This document shows, in pieces, positions 27,979-37,272 of a DNA stretch of 58,516 nucleotides. The translations under genes and the position numbers were made by a program. Every line of letters starts with the position of its first letter. The stretch's first letter is position 1. The notes beneath the pieces are model-generated. The model was given only the letters and a program-made list of their open reading frames with translations. It searched no databases and was not told where the DNA came from. Origin of the DNA: an uncultured Bacteroidota bacterium (GTDB taxonomy: Bacteria > Bacteroidota > Bacteroidia > AKYH767-A > JABDAW01); contig CAIWCG010000194.1 in NCBI GenBank assembly GCA_903911135.1, positions 1 to 58,516 on the forward strand, written 5' to 3'.

Positions 27979-30507
27979 ATGTCTATATTTGCTACGCATA
28001 AAACCAAAACATTTATTGAAATGAAAAGAAATATTCCTTCCTTAATCATGATCATCAGCATTATGATAAGTTATTTGTTCATCATAAATATATTCCCAAA
28101 ATCCAACGCCTTAACCAAGAGTAGCAACAAAGAAAAACAGGAGCAAGAACCTAACGATTGGTTCTTCAGGCAACGTGCTTATCCACAAGGACAAGTAAAA
28201 TATGATGGGTATCAAAATGCCATGATACAAGCAGTTAATGACAGGCATAATGCTGCAATGCGAACTAAATCCATCAACTCCCTTACATGGCAATTTGCTG
28301 GACCAAATAATATAGGAGGCAGGGTTTCATGCATTGCCATGCATCCCAACAATATGCAGGTGATGTATATTGGCGCTGCGACTGGTGGCATATTCAAGTC
28401 GGTAGATGCTGGAACCACTTGGTACCCAATTTTTGATTCGCAACCCAACTTATCTATCGGCGATATTGCCATTGCCACTACCAACCCAAACATACTTTAT
28501 GTAGGAACCGGTGAAGCAAATTGTGGTGGAGGTGGTATGACCTATGATGGCATGGGAGTTTTTAAATCGATAGATGCCGGTGCCACCTGGACGAGCGTAG
28601 GTTTGGACTCAACCAGAAACACTGGAAGAATTGCCATCGATCCAACGAATGCCAACCGTGTATTTGTGGCGGCAATGGGTGATTTATTTGGGAATACTCA
28701 TCAAAGGGGAATATATAGAACGACGGATGGAGGCGCTTCCTGGCAACAGGTTCTTTATGTTTCCGATTCTACTGGAGGTATTGATTTGGCCATTAATCCT
28801 CAACATCCCGATACCATCTTTGCCGCCATGTGGGAACGTATCCGCAAACCTGATAGAGAAAACTATGGGGGCAATCAATGCAACATATACCGATCGGTAG
28901 ATGGTGGGAATACCTGGACGATTCTTACCAATGGTTTGCCAGCAAATTCTGCTGGGATTGGAAGGATAGGCATCGGCATTTCGCAGTCCAATCCAAATAT
29001 TCTCTTTGCCAGTTACGCCACCAACAACGGCAGCTTTCAAGGCATCTATAAGACATCTAACAGCGGTAATTCCTGGACACACTTGACAGGCTCTGTGAAC
29101 ATGTCTTCCTATGGTTGGTGGAATGGAAGAATTACTGTCGATCCGGTGGATACTACCAAGGTTTATTGTGTGGCGTTCGACTTATACAAATCTACCAATA
29201 GCGGTAGCACCTTCAATTCATTGAGCACGAATCATGTGGATGAGCATGCGGTATTCGTTCATCCGTTGAACACTAATTTGGTGTTGGCGGCAAACGATGG
29301 TGGCTTGGATATTTCCCATGACGGCGGCACAACCTTCACCAACGTCAGCACCTTGCCAATCACGCAATTCTACACTTGCGAAATAGACAACTCCAACCCA
29401 ACGAATCTTTATGGAGGGGCTCAAGACAATGGAACCAACTATACCCCAAATGGCAACATCAACAACTGGAGTTTGGTTTATGGCGGCGATGGTTTCTATT
29501 GCCAGATAGACCCTACCAACAGCGCGAATCAGTATTTCGAATATCAATATGGTTCAACGAGTTTTGTGGGCCAGTTGGGCACCAGGCAAAACTGGAATAC
29601 GCCCTTTGCTCTCGACCCGATTGTTCCTACAACCATCTATTATGGTGCCGAGAAAGTTTATAAAAACAGTGTCGCCATCAGTCCTGATCTGACCAACGGT
29701 CCTGGTAGTGGAAATTTGGTTTATGGAACCATCACTTCGCTGTCCATTTCTAGAGCGAACAACAGTACGATTTATGCCGGTACTGATGATGGCAATGTTT
29801 GGGTTACGGCCAATGGCGGTGGAAACTGGACCAACGTAACCGGCACCTTGCCTCATCGATGGATAACGAAAGTGGTTGCCGATCCGGTGAATGTGATGGT
29901 GGGATATGTAACCGTTTCGGGATACAAATATGATGAATACCTGCCCCATGTTTTCAGAACGATAAACAGGGGAACTACCTGGACGGACATATCGGGCAAC
30001 TTGCCCCAAGCGCCTGTGAGCGATGTGCTGGTAGATCCAAACAACACCAACATATTATATGCCGCCACCGATGTGGGCGTTTACTATACCACCAACCTCG
30101 GAAACACCTGGCAGTTGCTGGCTTCGGGCATTCCCATCGTGCCGATAACGATGCTGAAACTTCACAATCCTACCCGCACTTTGTTGGCTGCCACCTATGG
30201 CAGGTCGATGTATAAACTGAACATCAGCACCGTAACTGGAAATGCAGATGTGGCCATGAATGACGGTGCTTCGGTGTCGGTTTATCCAAACCCGGTTTCT
30301 GATTTTGTGAATGTCGATTTCGGCAACGAGGTGACAGATGCCGGTATCAGAATATTTGATGTTACGGGCAAGGAGGTGATGAACCGCATGAATCTTTCAG
30401 GCAGGAAATTTACCTTTGAAAGAGGCAACCTGAAGGCAGGCATTTATCTTTATGACATTAAAGCAAACAACAAAAGCATTCGCAAGGGGAAGATGTTGGT
30501 GGAGTAG
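27979..30507 (+). CDS. BNR/Asp-box (sortilin/VPS10-like) beta-propeller protein with a T9SS C-terminal sorting domain
   Basis: 842 aa; the likely true start is 28021 (MKRNIPSL..). Many S.D.G.TW Asp-boxes. C-terminus VSVYPNPVSDFVNVDF..GIYLYDI. Confidence 0.85.
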   Translation: MSIFATHKTKTFIEMKRNIPSLIMIISIMISYLFIINIFPKSNALTKSSNKEKQEQEPNDWFFRQRAYPQGQVKYDGYQNAMIQAVNDRHNAAMRTKSINSLTWQFAGPNNIGGRVSCIAMHPNNMQVMYIGAATGGIFKSVDAGTTWYPIFDSQPNLSIGDIAIATTNPNILYVGTGEANCGGGGMTYDGMGVFKSIDAGATWTSVGLDSTRNTGRIAIDPTNANRVFVAAMGDLFGNTHQRGIYRTTDGGASWQQVLYVSDSTGGIDLAINPQHPDTIFAAMWERIRKPDRENYGGNQCNIYRSVDGGNTWTILTNGLPANSAGIGRIGIGISQSNPNILFASYATNNGSFQGIYKTSNSGNSWTHLTGSVNMSSYGWWNGRITVDPVDTTKVYCVAFDLYKSTNSGSTFNSLSTNHVDEHAVFVHPLNTNLVLAANDGGLDISHDGGTTFTNVSTLPITQFYTCEIDNSNPTNLYGGAQDNGTNYTPNGNINNWSLVYGGDGFYCQIDPTNSANQYFEYQYGSTSFVGQLGTRQNWNTPFALDPIVPTTIYYGAEKVYKNSVAISPDLTNGPGSGNLVYGTITSLSISRANNSTIYAGTDDGNVWVTANGGGNWTNVTGTLPHRWITKVVADPVNVMVGYVTVSGYKYDEYLPHVFRTINRGTTWTDISGNLPQAPVSDVLVDPNNTNILYAATDVGVYYTTNLGNTWQLLASGIPIVPITMLKLHNPTRTLLAATYGRSMYKLNISTVTGNADVAMNDGASVSVYPNPVSDFVNVDFGNEVTDAGIRIFDVTGKEVMNRMNLSGRKFTFERGNLKAGIYLYDIKANNKSIRKGKMLVE

Positions 30508-30510
30508 GAA

Positions 30511-31299
30511 TCAGTTTTTCTTCTCTTCTGGCTTAGGATTGCAAAAGGTGTAATGGATGCCAATATTTAGACCAAGCGTGCTCATTTCTGGATTCAAAAA
30601 AGCATATTTGACAGGTAGATTACTATTAGGATTCATGTTCACGCCATTAAGGATATACTTGGTATAAATGGCATTGACGTAGGTTTTAGTTTCCAAGGCA
30701 TAGCTAAAGTTAAAGCTTAAATTAAAACCTTTTACGACATGAATATCACATCCGGCTTCCATAAAAAATCCCTTTCCCATTCCACCAGAATACTTTGTGA
30801 TAACATACGAATCGTTCAGAACCCAGGTATTGGTGGAATGATCTGGATATGATTCGAAATGATGCACATCTTTATTGAATTGCCCCCAAATCCCTGCAAT
30901 ACAACCTACCTTAAGAAATGGCGTTGCATGGTTATTCTTTCCGAAATTATACCTAATGGCTGGCATCAACCTTAATGATGATGTTGATGAATTATTGTAA
31001 TCGGGATTTTTGGGATAGTTGGAAGGATCTCTATAATTATTTTTTGATTTAAAGTAGGACATTCCCAATTCGGCATACAAGTTTTTATAGATGTTTCTGC
31101 CTAAAGATCCACCGAAAAATGATATTGAACCTGAACTCGTTGCACTTGTTTGATATATTTTATTTCCAACCGAGATATTCTCTCCATCAATGCCGGCACC
31201 AAAGTAGGCATTTGCATAATATTTTTGTCCGAAGATATTGCAGGCGTTTATGCTTAGGAGCAAAATCAAAATTATAGTAAGACATGATTTCGATTTCAT
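30511..31299 (-). CDS. Outer-membrane beta-barrel (porin-family) protein
   Basis: 262 aa. Signal peptide, with an alternating aromatic/Gly beta-strand pattern throughout. Confidence 0.65.
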   Translation of the reverse strand: MKSKSCLTIILILLLSINACNIFGQKYYANAYFGAGIDGENISVGNKIYQTSATSSGSISFFGGSLGRNIYKNLYAELGMSYFKSKNNYRDPSNYPKNPDYNNSSTSSLRLMPAIRYNFGKNNHATPFLKVGCIAGIWGQFNKDVHHFESYPDHSTNTWVLNDSYVITKYSGGMGKGFFMEAGCDIHVVKGFNLSFNFSYALETKTYVNAIYTKYILNGVNMNPNSNLPVKYAFLNPEMSTLGLNIGIHYTFCNPKPEEKKN

Positions 31300-31441
31300 G
31301 AAGCAAATTTATCAAAACATTTAGGAATAATAAAGCCTGCGCCTTGAATAAAATAGGTTGAAATTTCATTTTCAAGCTGTTTTAGCTTAAAAATTCATAA
31401 AAATATGGTTATCCCGTTCGTTTGATGCCCGAAAAAGACGT

Positions 31442-31729
31442 GTTAGGTTTCAACTGTAACGTGACGGTATTGGACTCTGTTGCCACGAACTTGGGTTTCG
31501 TTCGAACGAACTCCAGGTTTGTTGCCAACAGTTGGAGGTTTCAGACCAAGTTAGAGCATTTTGTTGCCTTGGAAACCAGTTTCGTTCGAACGAACTCCGG
31601 CTGTGTTGGAACGAACCCAAAACCTGTCGCGACAATGTTCCAGCGTACGCGACAAACCCCGGCACCGTCGCAACAGAATCCAACTTCGTTCCAACGAAAC
31701 CCAAGTTCGTTGGAACAGAGTTGAACTTC
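31442..31729. repeat. About 21-bp tandem array (array 6), 13-14 units, with overall dyad symmetry
   Basis: Units start with palindromes GTTCGAAC, GTCGCGAC or GTTGCCAAC. The right arm (about 31667-31729) is close to the reverse complement of the left arm (about 31476-31530). Confidence 0.85.
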
Positions 31730-31880
31730 AAGGCAAGGTATTTTGAGGTATTTTAAACGGAATTGGAGCGTATTGAAAGAATTAATGGATTGGTGACGAT
31801 GGGATAATGGCAATTGGCATTTTGTTATTTTTATTGGCATGAGCCTTTTCGCCGCAGCCAGGTATTATTCAAAAAGTTGT

Positions 31881-32011
31881 TTCGAAGCTACCTGCCATCA
31901 AAGCATAGCCCCGATAGCAGCGGCAGCCCGCTGCTTGGTGTCGGTATTGGGGATGCAGCGGCTACAGCGGATAGAGGGACGTAGATGGGACGAGAAGAAA
32001 CCGTAGGCTCC
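31881..32011 (+). repeat. Conserved ~130-nt element, copy E2
   Basis: Same core as E1. The tail is AAAAAATTAGGAATTAGGGATT and abuts the next gene. Confidence 0.85.
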
Positions 32012-32103
32012 AAAAAATTAGGAATTAGGGATTTTTCATGTTTCTTTTAGATGGAAATAGTACCTTTGCAGCCTTAACACGGATTAATAACAACAAAAAA
32101 AAT

Positions 32104-32385
32104 ATGCTCATGAAAAGAAATTCAATCTTAATGTTGGCCATCGGAATGATGGCGATTTGCATCGGAATGGCTGCTTGCAACAATGATTCTTCATCGAAGG
32201 ATAAGGCGAAAACGGAGGCTAAGGTGGCTGATGCGGACCATATATACCAATGCCCGATGCATGCGGAAATTACCAGCGACAAGTTGGAGAAGTGTTCGAA
32301 ATGCGGGATGGATTTGGAGCTGGTGAAGAAATCGGAGATGAAAAAGGCGGAGGTTCCTGCCGTGAAGGATTCGACGAAGAAATAA
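32104..32385 (+). CDS. Small lipoprotein with a heavy-metal-binding (YHYxCPMHP-type) domain
   Basis: Start chosen at MLMKRNS. Lipobox GMAAC, and the motif YQCPMHAEITSDKLEKCSKCGMDL. Confidence 0.7.
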   Translation: MLMKRNSILMLAIGMMAICIGMAACNNDSSSKDKAKTEAKVADADHIYQCPMHAEITSDKLEKCSKCGMDLELVKKSEMKKAEVPAVKDSTKK

Positions 32386-32412
32386 ATTTGTTTTCTGGAA
32401 TAGACTTTTGTC

Positions 32413-32763
32413 ATGAGGTTAATGAAAATCGTATTGTTGGGCATGTTTTTGTCTTTGCCTTGCTGGATGGCGGCACAGGATAATGATCCGGATAAGTTGG
32501 GGGCGCCGAATGTGATACATACGAGCAGCCACGAGAAGGAAAACCCAAAGGTGGTGGATGCGCAAAAGAAGGCTGCGAAAGTGAAGAAACAACAGGAAAA
32601 GGATGCTGCGAAAGCGGAGAAGGAGGGCAAGAAGTTTCATGAGAGCATCCAGTCGAAGAACACCAAGGAGATGATGAAGGAAAGCCGAAGCAAATCGGAG
32701 GCATGGAACAGCAACTCGAGACCGCCTTGGTGGAAACGTATTTTCATGAAGAAACAACGATAG
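32413..32763 (+). CDS. Secreted lysine-rich hypothetical protein
   Basis: 116 aa. Signal peptide MKIVLLGMFLSLPCWMAAQ, then a low-complexity K/E-rich body. Confidence 0.5.
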   Translation: MRLMKIVLLGMFLSLPCWMAAQDNDPDKLGAPNVIHTSSHEKENPKVVDAQKKAAKVKKQQEKDAAKAEKEGKKFHESIQSKNTKEMMKESRSKSEAWNSNSRPPWWKRIFMKKQR

Positions 32764-32801
32764 GGGGATTTCATTAGCCTCGACATTATTAACCCGAAGA
32801 A

Positions 32802-34220
32802 ATGGATCCAACAGAAGAAGCGTTAGAGAAACAGCATTTGCTTGAATTATTGGCTGAAAACAAGGTCAATGATTTGATGGAGATACTGAAGGAGATGCCC
32901 ACCGTGGAGGTGGCGGATTTCCTTAGTGAACAGGATGAGGTGACCATGCCTTGGCTGCTTTCTTTGTTCGAGCCCCAGGAGCAGGCTTTTATCTTTTCTG
33001 ATTTTGATGAGGAGCTGCAGCTGAAGGTGATAAAGGGGTATAACCCACGTGAACTATCAGTACTGGTGTCGAACATGCATTCGGATGAACGGGCAGATCT
33101 TTATCAAAACATGAGCATCGAGGCACAGAACAATCTATTGCCTTACCTGCCGAAACAAATCAGGGACAATATCCTGCAGTTGAGCTCTTATCCGGAAGAT
33201 TCTGCGGGTGCTTCGATGAGCTCGGACTTTGCAAGCGTGACCATCAACATGACCATCAAGCAGGCGATGGAACAGATTCGGAAGGATGCCCCTACGAAAG
33301 AAACCATCTATTATATTTATGTGGTGGATGAGGATAGGAAATTGTTGGGATTCGTATCCTTGAAGGATTTGATTTTGGCCTCTCCTACAGAAACCATCGA
33401 GCATATCATTCATGAGGATATAGTGTATTGCAAGGTGAACGATGACCAGGAAACCGTGGCTAGCCAGATTGACAAATACGATTTGATTGCCATTCCGGTG
33501 GTGAACAACGAGCTGCAATTGCTGGGAATCGTAACGCATGATGATGCCATTGACATTCTTCGTGAAGAGCAAACTGAAGATATTCAGATGATTGGTGGTT
33601 CCGAAGCTTTTGATGAACCTTATTTCGACCTTTCGATGTTTCAGCTGCTCAAGAAAAGAGGTGGCTGGCTCATCATTCTCTTCCTTAGCGAAATGCTTAC
33701 CGCCACCGCCATGGGATTCTTCCAGGGGGAGATAGAAAAGCAGGTGGTGCTGGCCTTGTTTGTGCCTTTGATCATTTCGAGTGGAGGCAATTCAGGATCG
33801 CAGGCAGCAACGATCATCATCCGTGCCATGGCCTTGGGAGAGGTAACGCTTTCCTCTTGGTGGAGGGTGTTGAAAAGAGAATTCTCGTCCGGGTTATTGT
33901 TGGGATGTTTGCTTGGAACAGTTGGCTTTTGCCGAATTGCAATTTGGGAATTGGCTTCTTTGATGCAAAACAACTGGATATTGGAAAAGACCATCTATAA
34001 AACCCATTGGATACTCGTGGCTTTCACAGTGGGCTTCTCCCTGATAGGTGTGGTGATGTGGGGAACCTTAAGCGGCAGCATGCTCCCGATTCTATTGAAA
34101 CGGTTGGGCTTCGACCCTGCGGTTTCTTCGGCCCCATTTGTTGCCACGCTGGTGGATGTTACCGGGTTGATCATCTACTTCTCGGTGGCCATGATAGTGA
34201 TGAAAGGCACGATGCTTTAA
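32802..34220 (+). CDS. mgtE: Magnesium transporter MgtE
   Basis: 472 aa. MgtE N-domain, a CBS pair, then TM helices with SGGNSGSQAAT and VDVTGLIIYF. Confidence 0.95.
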   Translation: MDPTEEALEKQHLLELLAENKVNDLMEILKEMPTVEVADFLSEQDEVTMPWLLSLFEPQEQAFIFSDFDEELQLKVIKGYNPRELSVLVSNMHSDERADLYQNMSIEAQNNLLPYLPKQIRDNILQLSSYPEDSAGASMSSDFASVTINMTIKQAMEQIRKDAPTKETIYYIYVVDEDRKLLGFVSLKDLILASPTETIEHIIHEDIVYCKVNDDQETVASQIDKYDLIAIPVVNNELQLLGIVTHDDAIDILREEQTEDIQMIGGSEAFDEPYFDLSMFQLLKKRGGWLIILFLSEMLTATAMGFFQGEIEKQVVLALFVPLIISSGGNSGSQAATIIIRAMALGEVTLSSWWRVLKREFSSGLLLGCLLGTVGFCRIAIWELASLMQNNWILEKTIYKTHWILVAFTVGFSLIGVVMWGTLSGSMLPILLKRLGFDPAVSSAPFVATLVDVTGLIIYFSVAMIVMKGTML

Positions 34221-34223
34221 GTC

Positions 34224-35183
34224 ATGACAAACAAGAACTTTTTACTCATAGATACCATACATCCCCTGTTTGTTCAAGGCTTGCTGAAGCTTGGATATAA
34301 CTTGGTGGATGGTACCCTCTGGACGAATGAAAAGGTATTGGATGAGCTTCCTACTTTCACCGGCATATTGGTGAGGAGCAAAATAACTTTGGATGAAAAC
34401 TTCTTCCATAAAGCCACGAATTTGAAATTCATTGCAAGAGCCGGTGCAGGCATCGAGCATATTGACATCAACGAAGCCAAGAAAAGAAACATCCACCTGA
34501 TTACTGCCCCAGAAGGCAACCGAAATGCTGTTGCCGAACATGCGCTTGGCATGCTGCTGAACCTGATGAACAACCTGAACAAGGCCGACCGTGAAATTCG
34601 TGAAGGGAAATGGCTAAGAGAAGACAACAGGGGTACCGAAATTCATGGCAAAACCATCGGCATCATCGGGTTTGGAAACACCGGCCAGAGCTTCGCCAAG
34701 AAATTCATCGGCTTCGAAACGCCAGTCATCGCCTACGACAAATATGTCGAGGTAAATGCCAGCCACGTCACCTCCGTTTCCATGGAGCAGCTCTTCGAAC
34801 AGGCCGACATCGTCAGTTTCCACATCCCCCTCACCACGGAAACGAATGATCTCGTCAACGATGAATTCTTGAGTTCATTCAAGAAAAATAGCTACCTCAT
34901 CAACACCTCCAGAGGCAAGATTCTGAACACAAAAGCCCTCGTCAAGCATATGAAATCAGGCAAGATTCTTGGTGCAGCCCTCGATGTAATCGAATACGAA
35001 AACCAAAGTTTCGAGTCGCAAGCCAGCATAGCCGACCAAGAAACCTACGGCTATCTGCTGGCCAGTCCACGCGTACTCCTCACGCCACACATAGCAGGAT
35101 GGACGCACGAATCCTATCGTTTAATAGCCGAAGTGCTCCTCGAAAAAATCGCCAACCTTGCCCTCCCTCCCCTCCCTCCCTAA
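34224..35183 (+). CDS. D-isomer-specific 2-hydroxyacid dehydrogenase (phosphoglycerate dehydrogenase-like)
   Basis: 319 aa. NAD motif GIIGFGNTGQ and catalytic region LTPHIAGWT. Confidence 0.9.
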   Translation: MTNKNFLLIDTIHPLFVQGLLKLGYNLVDGTLWTNEKVLDELPTFTGILVRSKITLDENFFHKATNLKFIARAGAGIEHIDINEAKKRNIHLITAPEGNRNAVAEHALGMLLNLMNNLNKADREIREGKWLREDNRGTEIHGKTIGIIGFGNTGQSFAKKFIGFETPVIAYDKYVEVNASHVTSVSMEQLFEQADIVSFHIPLTTETNDLVNDEFLSSFKKNSYLINTSRGKILNTKALVKHMKSGKILGAALDVIEYENQSFESQASIADQETYGYLLASPRVLLTPHIAGWTHESYRLIAEVLLEKIANLALPPLPP

Positions 35184-35206
35184 TTTCTAATTCCTAATTC
35201 TTTTAA

Positions 35207-35338
35207 GGAGCCTATATCCTCCACACGTATCAAGGTGCGTCCCGCTATCCGCTGTAGCCGCTGCCTGCCCATTTCCGACACAAAGCAGCGGGCTGCCGCT
35301 ACTATCGGGGCTATGCTCTGACGGCAGGTAGCTTCGAA
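35207..35338 (-). repeat. Conserved ~130-nt element, copy E4 (inverted orientation)
   Basis: Its reverse complement matches the E1-E3 core. The segment between GGGACG and ATAGGCTCC is replaced. The tail is AATTAGGAATTAGAAATTA. Confidence 0.85.
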
Positions 35339-35420
35339 ACAACTTTTGGCAAAACGGACCATTTTCAAGGTGAAATTCTTTCATGCCGTTTAAAAAACAC
35401 TTATTTCCGGTTTCCGACCT

Positions 35421-35614
35421 ATATGACGGACGATGCGGCTTATATCACGGACGATGCGGATGATATGACGGACGATGCGGATGATATGACGGACGATGCG
35501 GATGATAGTACGGACGATGCGGATGATAGTGCGGACGATGCGGATGATAGCACGGACGATGCGGATGATAGCACGGACGATGCGGCTTATATCACGGATG
35601 ATCCGTCTTATAGG
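35421..35614. repeat. 21-bp tandem array (array 7), about 9 units
   Basis: Consensus is TATGACGGACGATGCGGATGA. The first and last units carry GCGGCTTATATCACGG variants. The last unit has the palindrome CGGAT-G-ATCCG. Confidence 0.9.
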
Positions 35615-35651
35615 TAGAAACGACTGTTTTTTAATTTCGGCTGAAAGTTTA

Positions 35652-35782
35652 TTCGAAGCTACCTGCCGTCAAAGCATAGCCCCGATAGTAGCGGCAGCCC
35701 GCTGCTTTGTTTCGGAAATGAGGAGGCAGCGGCTACAGCGGATAGCGGGACGAAGATGGGACGAGAGGAGGATATAGGCTCC
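35652..35782 (+). repeat. Conserved ~130-nt element, copy E3
   Basis: Same core as E1, with the same AATTATAAAT-type tail. Confidence 0.85.
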
Positions 35783-35840
35783 ATTTAGAAATTATAAATT
35801 ATGGATTATAAATTATGAATGGGGGAGGACGAGGAGGGAT

Positions 35841-36710
35841 TTAGTTGACGTCGAGCAAAAAACACTCTCTGAATTTGCTCATGCCTCCCCATTCTTCGAA
35901 TAGTTTTGAGGTGATGGCGTTGATTTCTTCGATGGTCTTGGGCTTGCGGTCGCCGCTTTTTGGGAAAACGAAATAGATGATGCCGTCGGCTGCACCGCCT
36001 TTTTTGATGTCGGAATTTACGCCCAAGGCATTTGCCAAGGCTATCGAGCCTTCGCCGATTTTGTCGATGGAGGAGATGTCGGCAAAGATGGCGTTGATGA
36101 ATCGGTGGTTCTTTTTGTTGTAAATCATGCCCATGTCGCCTACGGTTATGTCGGCGGCATTGATGACTTCCGGCGGCAATACGAAGTATGGAATCTTCTC
36201 CGAATTGACATATCGGCGTGGGTTCTTTATGTCGAAAGTTTTGTCTATGAGGCTGGTGGTGGAGACGAAATATCCTGGGGCGGGGTCCTTTTCGTTTTGC
36301 AGAACCGGGTTGCCATCGGCCATGTTGTTGTCCGTCACCACCCCGAACCAATTGCCCGGTTTGCCTGCATTTTTATTGTTGTCGAGTCCTGTGTTCATTG
36401 GATGAAAGGCATGTGGCGAACCATCGGCATCTATCTTCATTCCGGTCTCAAAATATACGACGTTGGTGGTATTGAATTTTATTACCGGCACTGCCTGTAC
36501 CCGAAGCAGTTCGGTGTTGTCGCATGGGTTGTTGCTGACTTTCTTGTATGGGGTAAGGTTGGCTTTTGCAATCCTGTTGGCATTGTCGTCGCTCAAGAAA
36601 TTGCATCCTGTCAGCCATAATATGGTGGAAAGGAAAAACACTTTTCCTATGCCTTTCAAGCAGTTGTGGATAGTTGTATTGCTGATTTTTTCCATTCCTT
36701 TAATAAACAA
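35841..36710 (-). CDS. Lipoprotein, possibly glycoside hydrolase family 75 (chitosanase)-like
   Basis: 289 aa. Lipobox LWLTGC. KIDADGSPHAFHP, YFVLP and GDMGMIYN..FADIS..GEGSIALANALG resemble GH75 from memory only. Confidence 0.5.
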   Translation of the reverse strand: MFIKGMEKISNTTIHNCLKGIGKVFFLSTILWLTGCNFLSDDNANRIAKANLTPYKKVSNNPCDNTELLRVQAVPVIKFNTTNVVYFETGMKIDADGSPHAFHPMNTGLDNNKNAGKPGNWFGVVTDNNMADGNPVLQNEKDPAPGYFVSTTSLIDKTFDIKNPRRYVNSEKIPYFVLPPEVINAADITVGDMGMIYNKKNHRFINAIFADISSIDKIGEGSIALANALGVNSDIKKGGAADGIIYFVFPKSGDRKPKTIEEINAITSKLFEEWGGMSKFRECFLLDVN

Positions 36711-36756
36711 AAAAGGGAAGCCATCATAGCCTCCCTTTATAGATTATCATACGGAA

Positions 36757-37200
36757 CTATTGGCCTACGTCGCTCAAGAATTTGCCTTTTCCATCGAACA
36801 GGGCACCGGCTTCATCGCCCGCTTTGTTCTTGCTATGAACTTCATAGGTTACGGCTTTCTTGTCGTCGGTAATCTTATAGGCCTCCTTTATCTTGAAACC
36901 TTTATGATTCTTCGACATGTAAGGAGAAATAGGTTGAGGCAAGGTAGCAATCGCTACGGCTTCCTTCTTTTCCACAATGTTGCCCTTTTCATCCATCACG
37001 ATTTCATTCTTCAGCTTGTTCAGTTCGAAGGTGGCCTTGAAATTATCACCGGTTTGAGACCAGTCTGCATCCGTAACGGTCTTGTACATCTTCTTGAACT
37101 TCTTTGAAACAGCTTCTGGAAGATCATTCTCGCTCACCGTTTGTGCATGTACCAGCCCGATAGTCATGCTAATCAAAAACATTAAAATTATCTTTTTCAT
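36757..37200 (-). CDS. PepSY-like (BLIP-like, DUF2874-type) periplasmic protein
   Basis: 147 aa. Signal peptide and a duplicated LPEAVSKKFKKMY.. / LPQPISPYMSKNH.. module. Confidence 0.7.
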   Translation of the reverse strand: MKKIILMFLISMTIGLVHAQTVSENDLPEAVSKKFKKMYKTVTDADWSQTGDNFKATFELNKLKNEIVMDEKGNIVEKKEAVAIATLPQPISPYMSKNHKGFKIKEAYKITDDKKAVTYEVHSKNKAGDEAGALFDGKGKFLSDVGQ

Positions 37201-37272
37201 ATCAGTTATTAATTAATTATTTATGTTGGCAAAGTTATACAAATTGATTTAATATATCCAAATAAAACTTTT

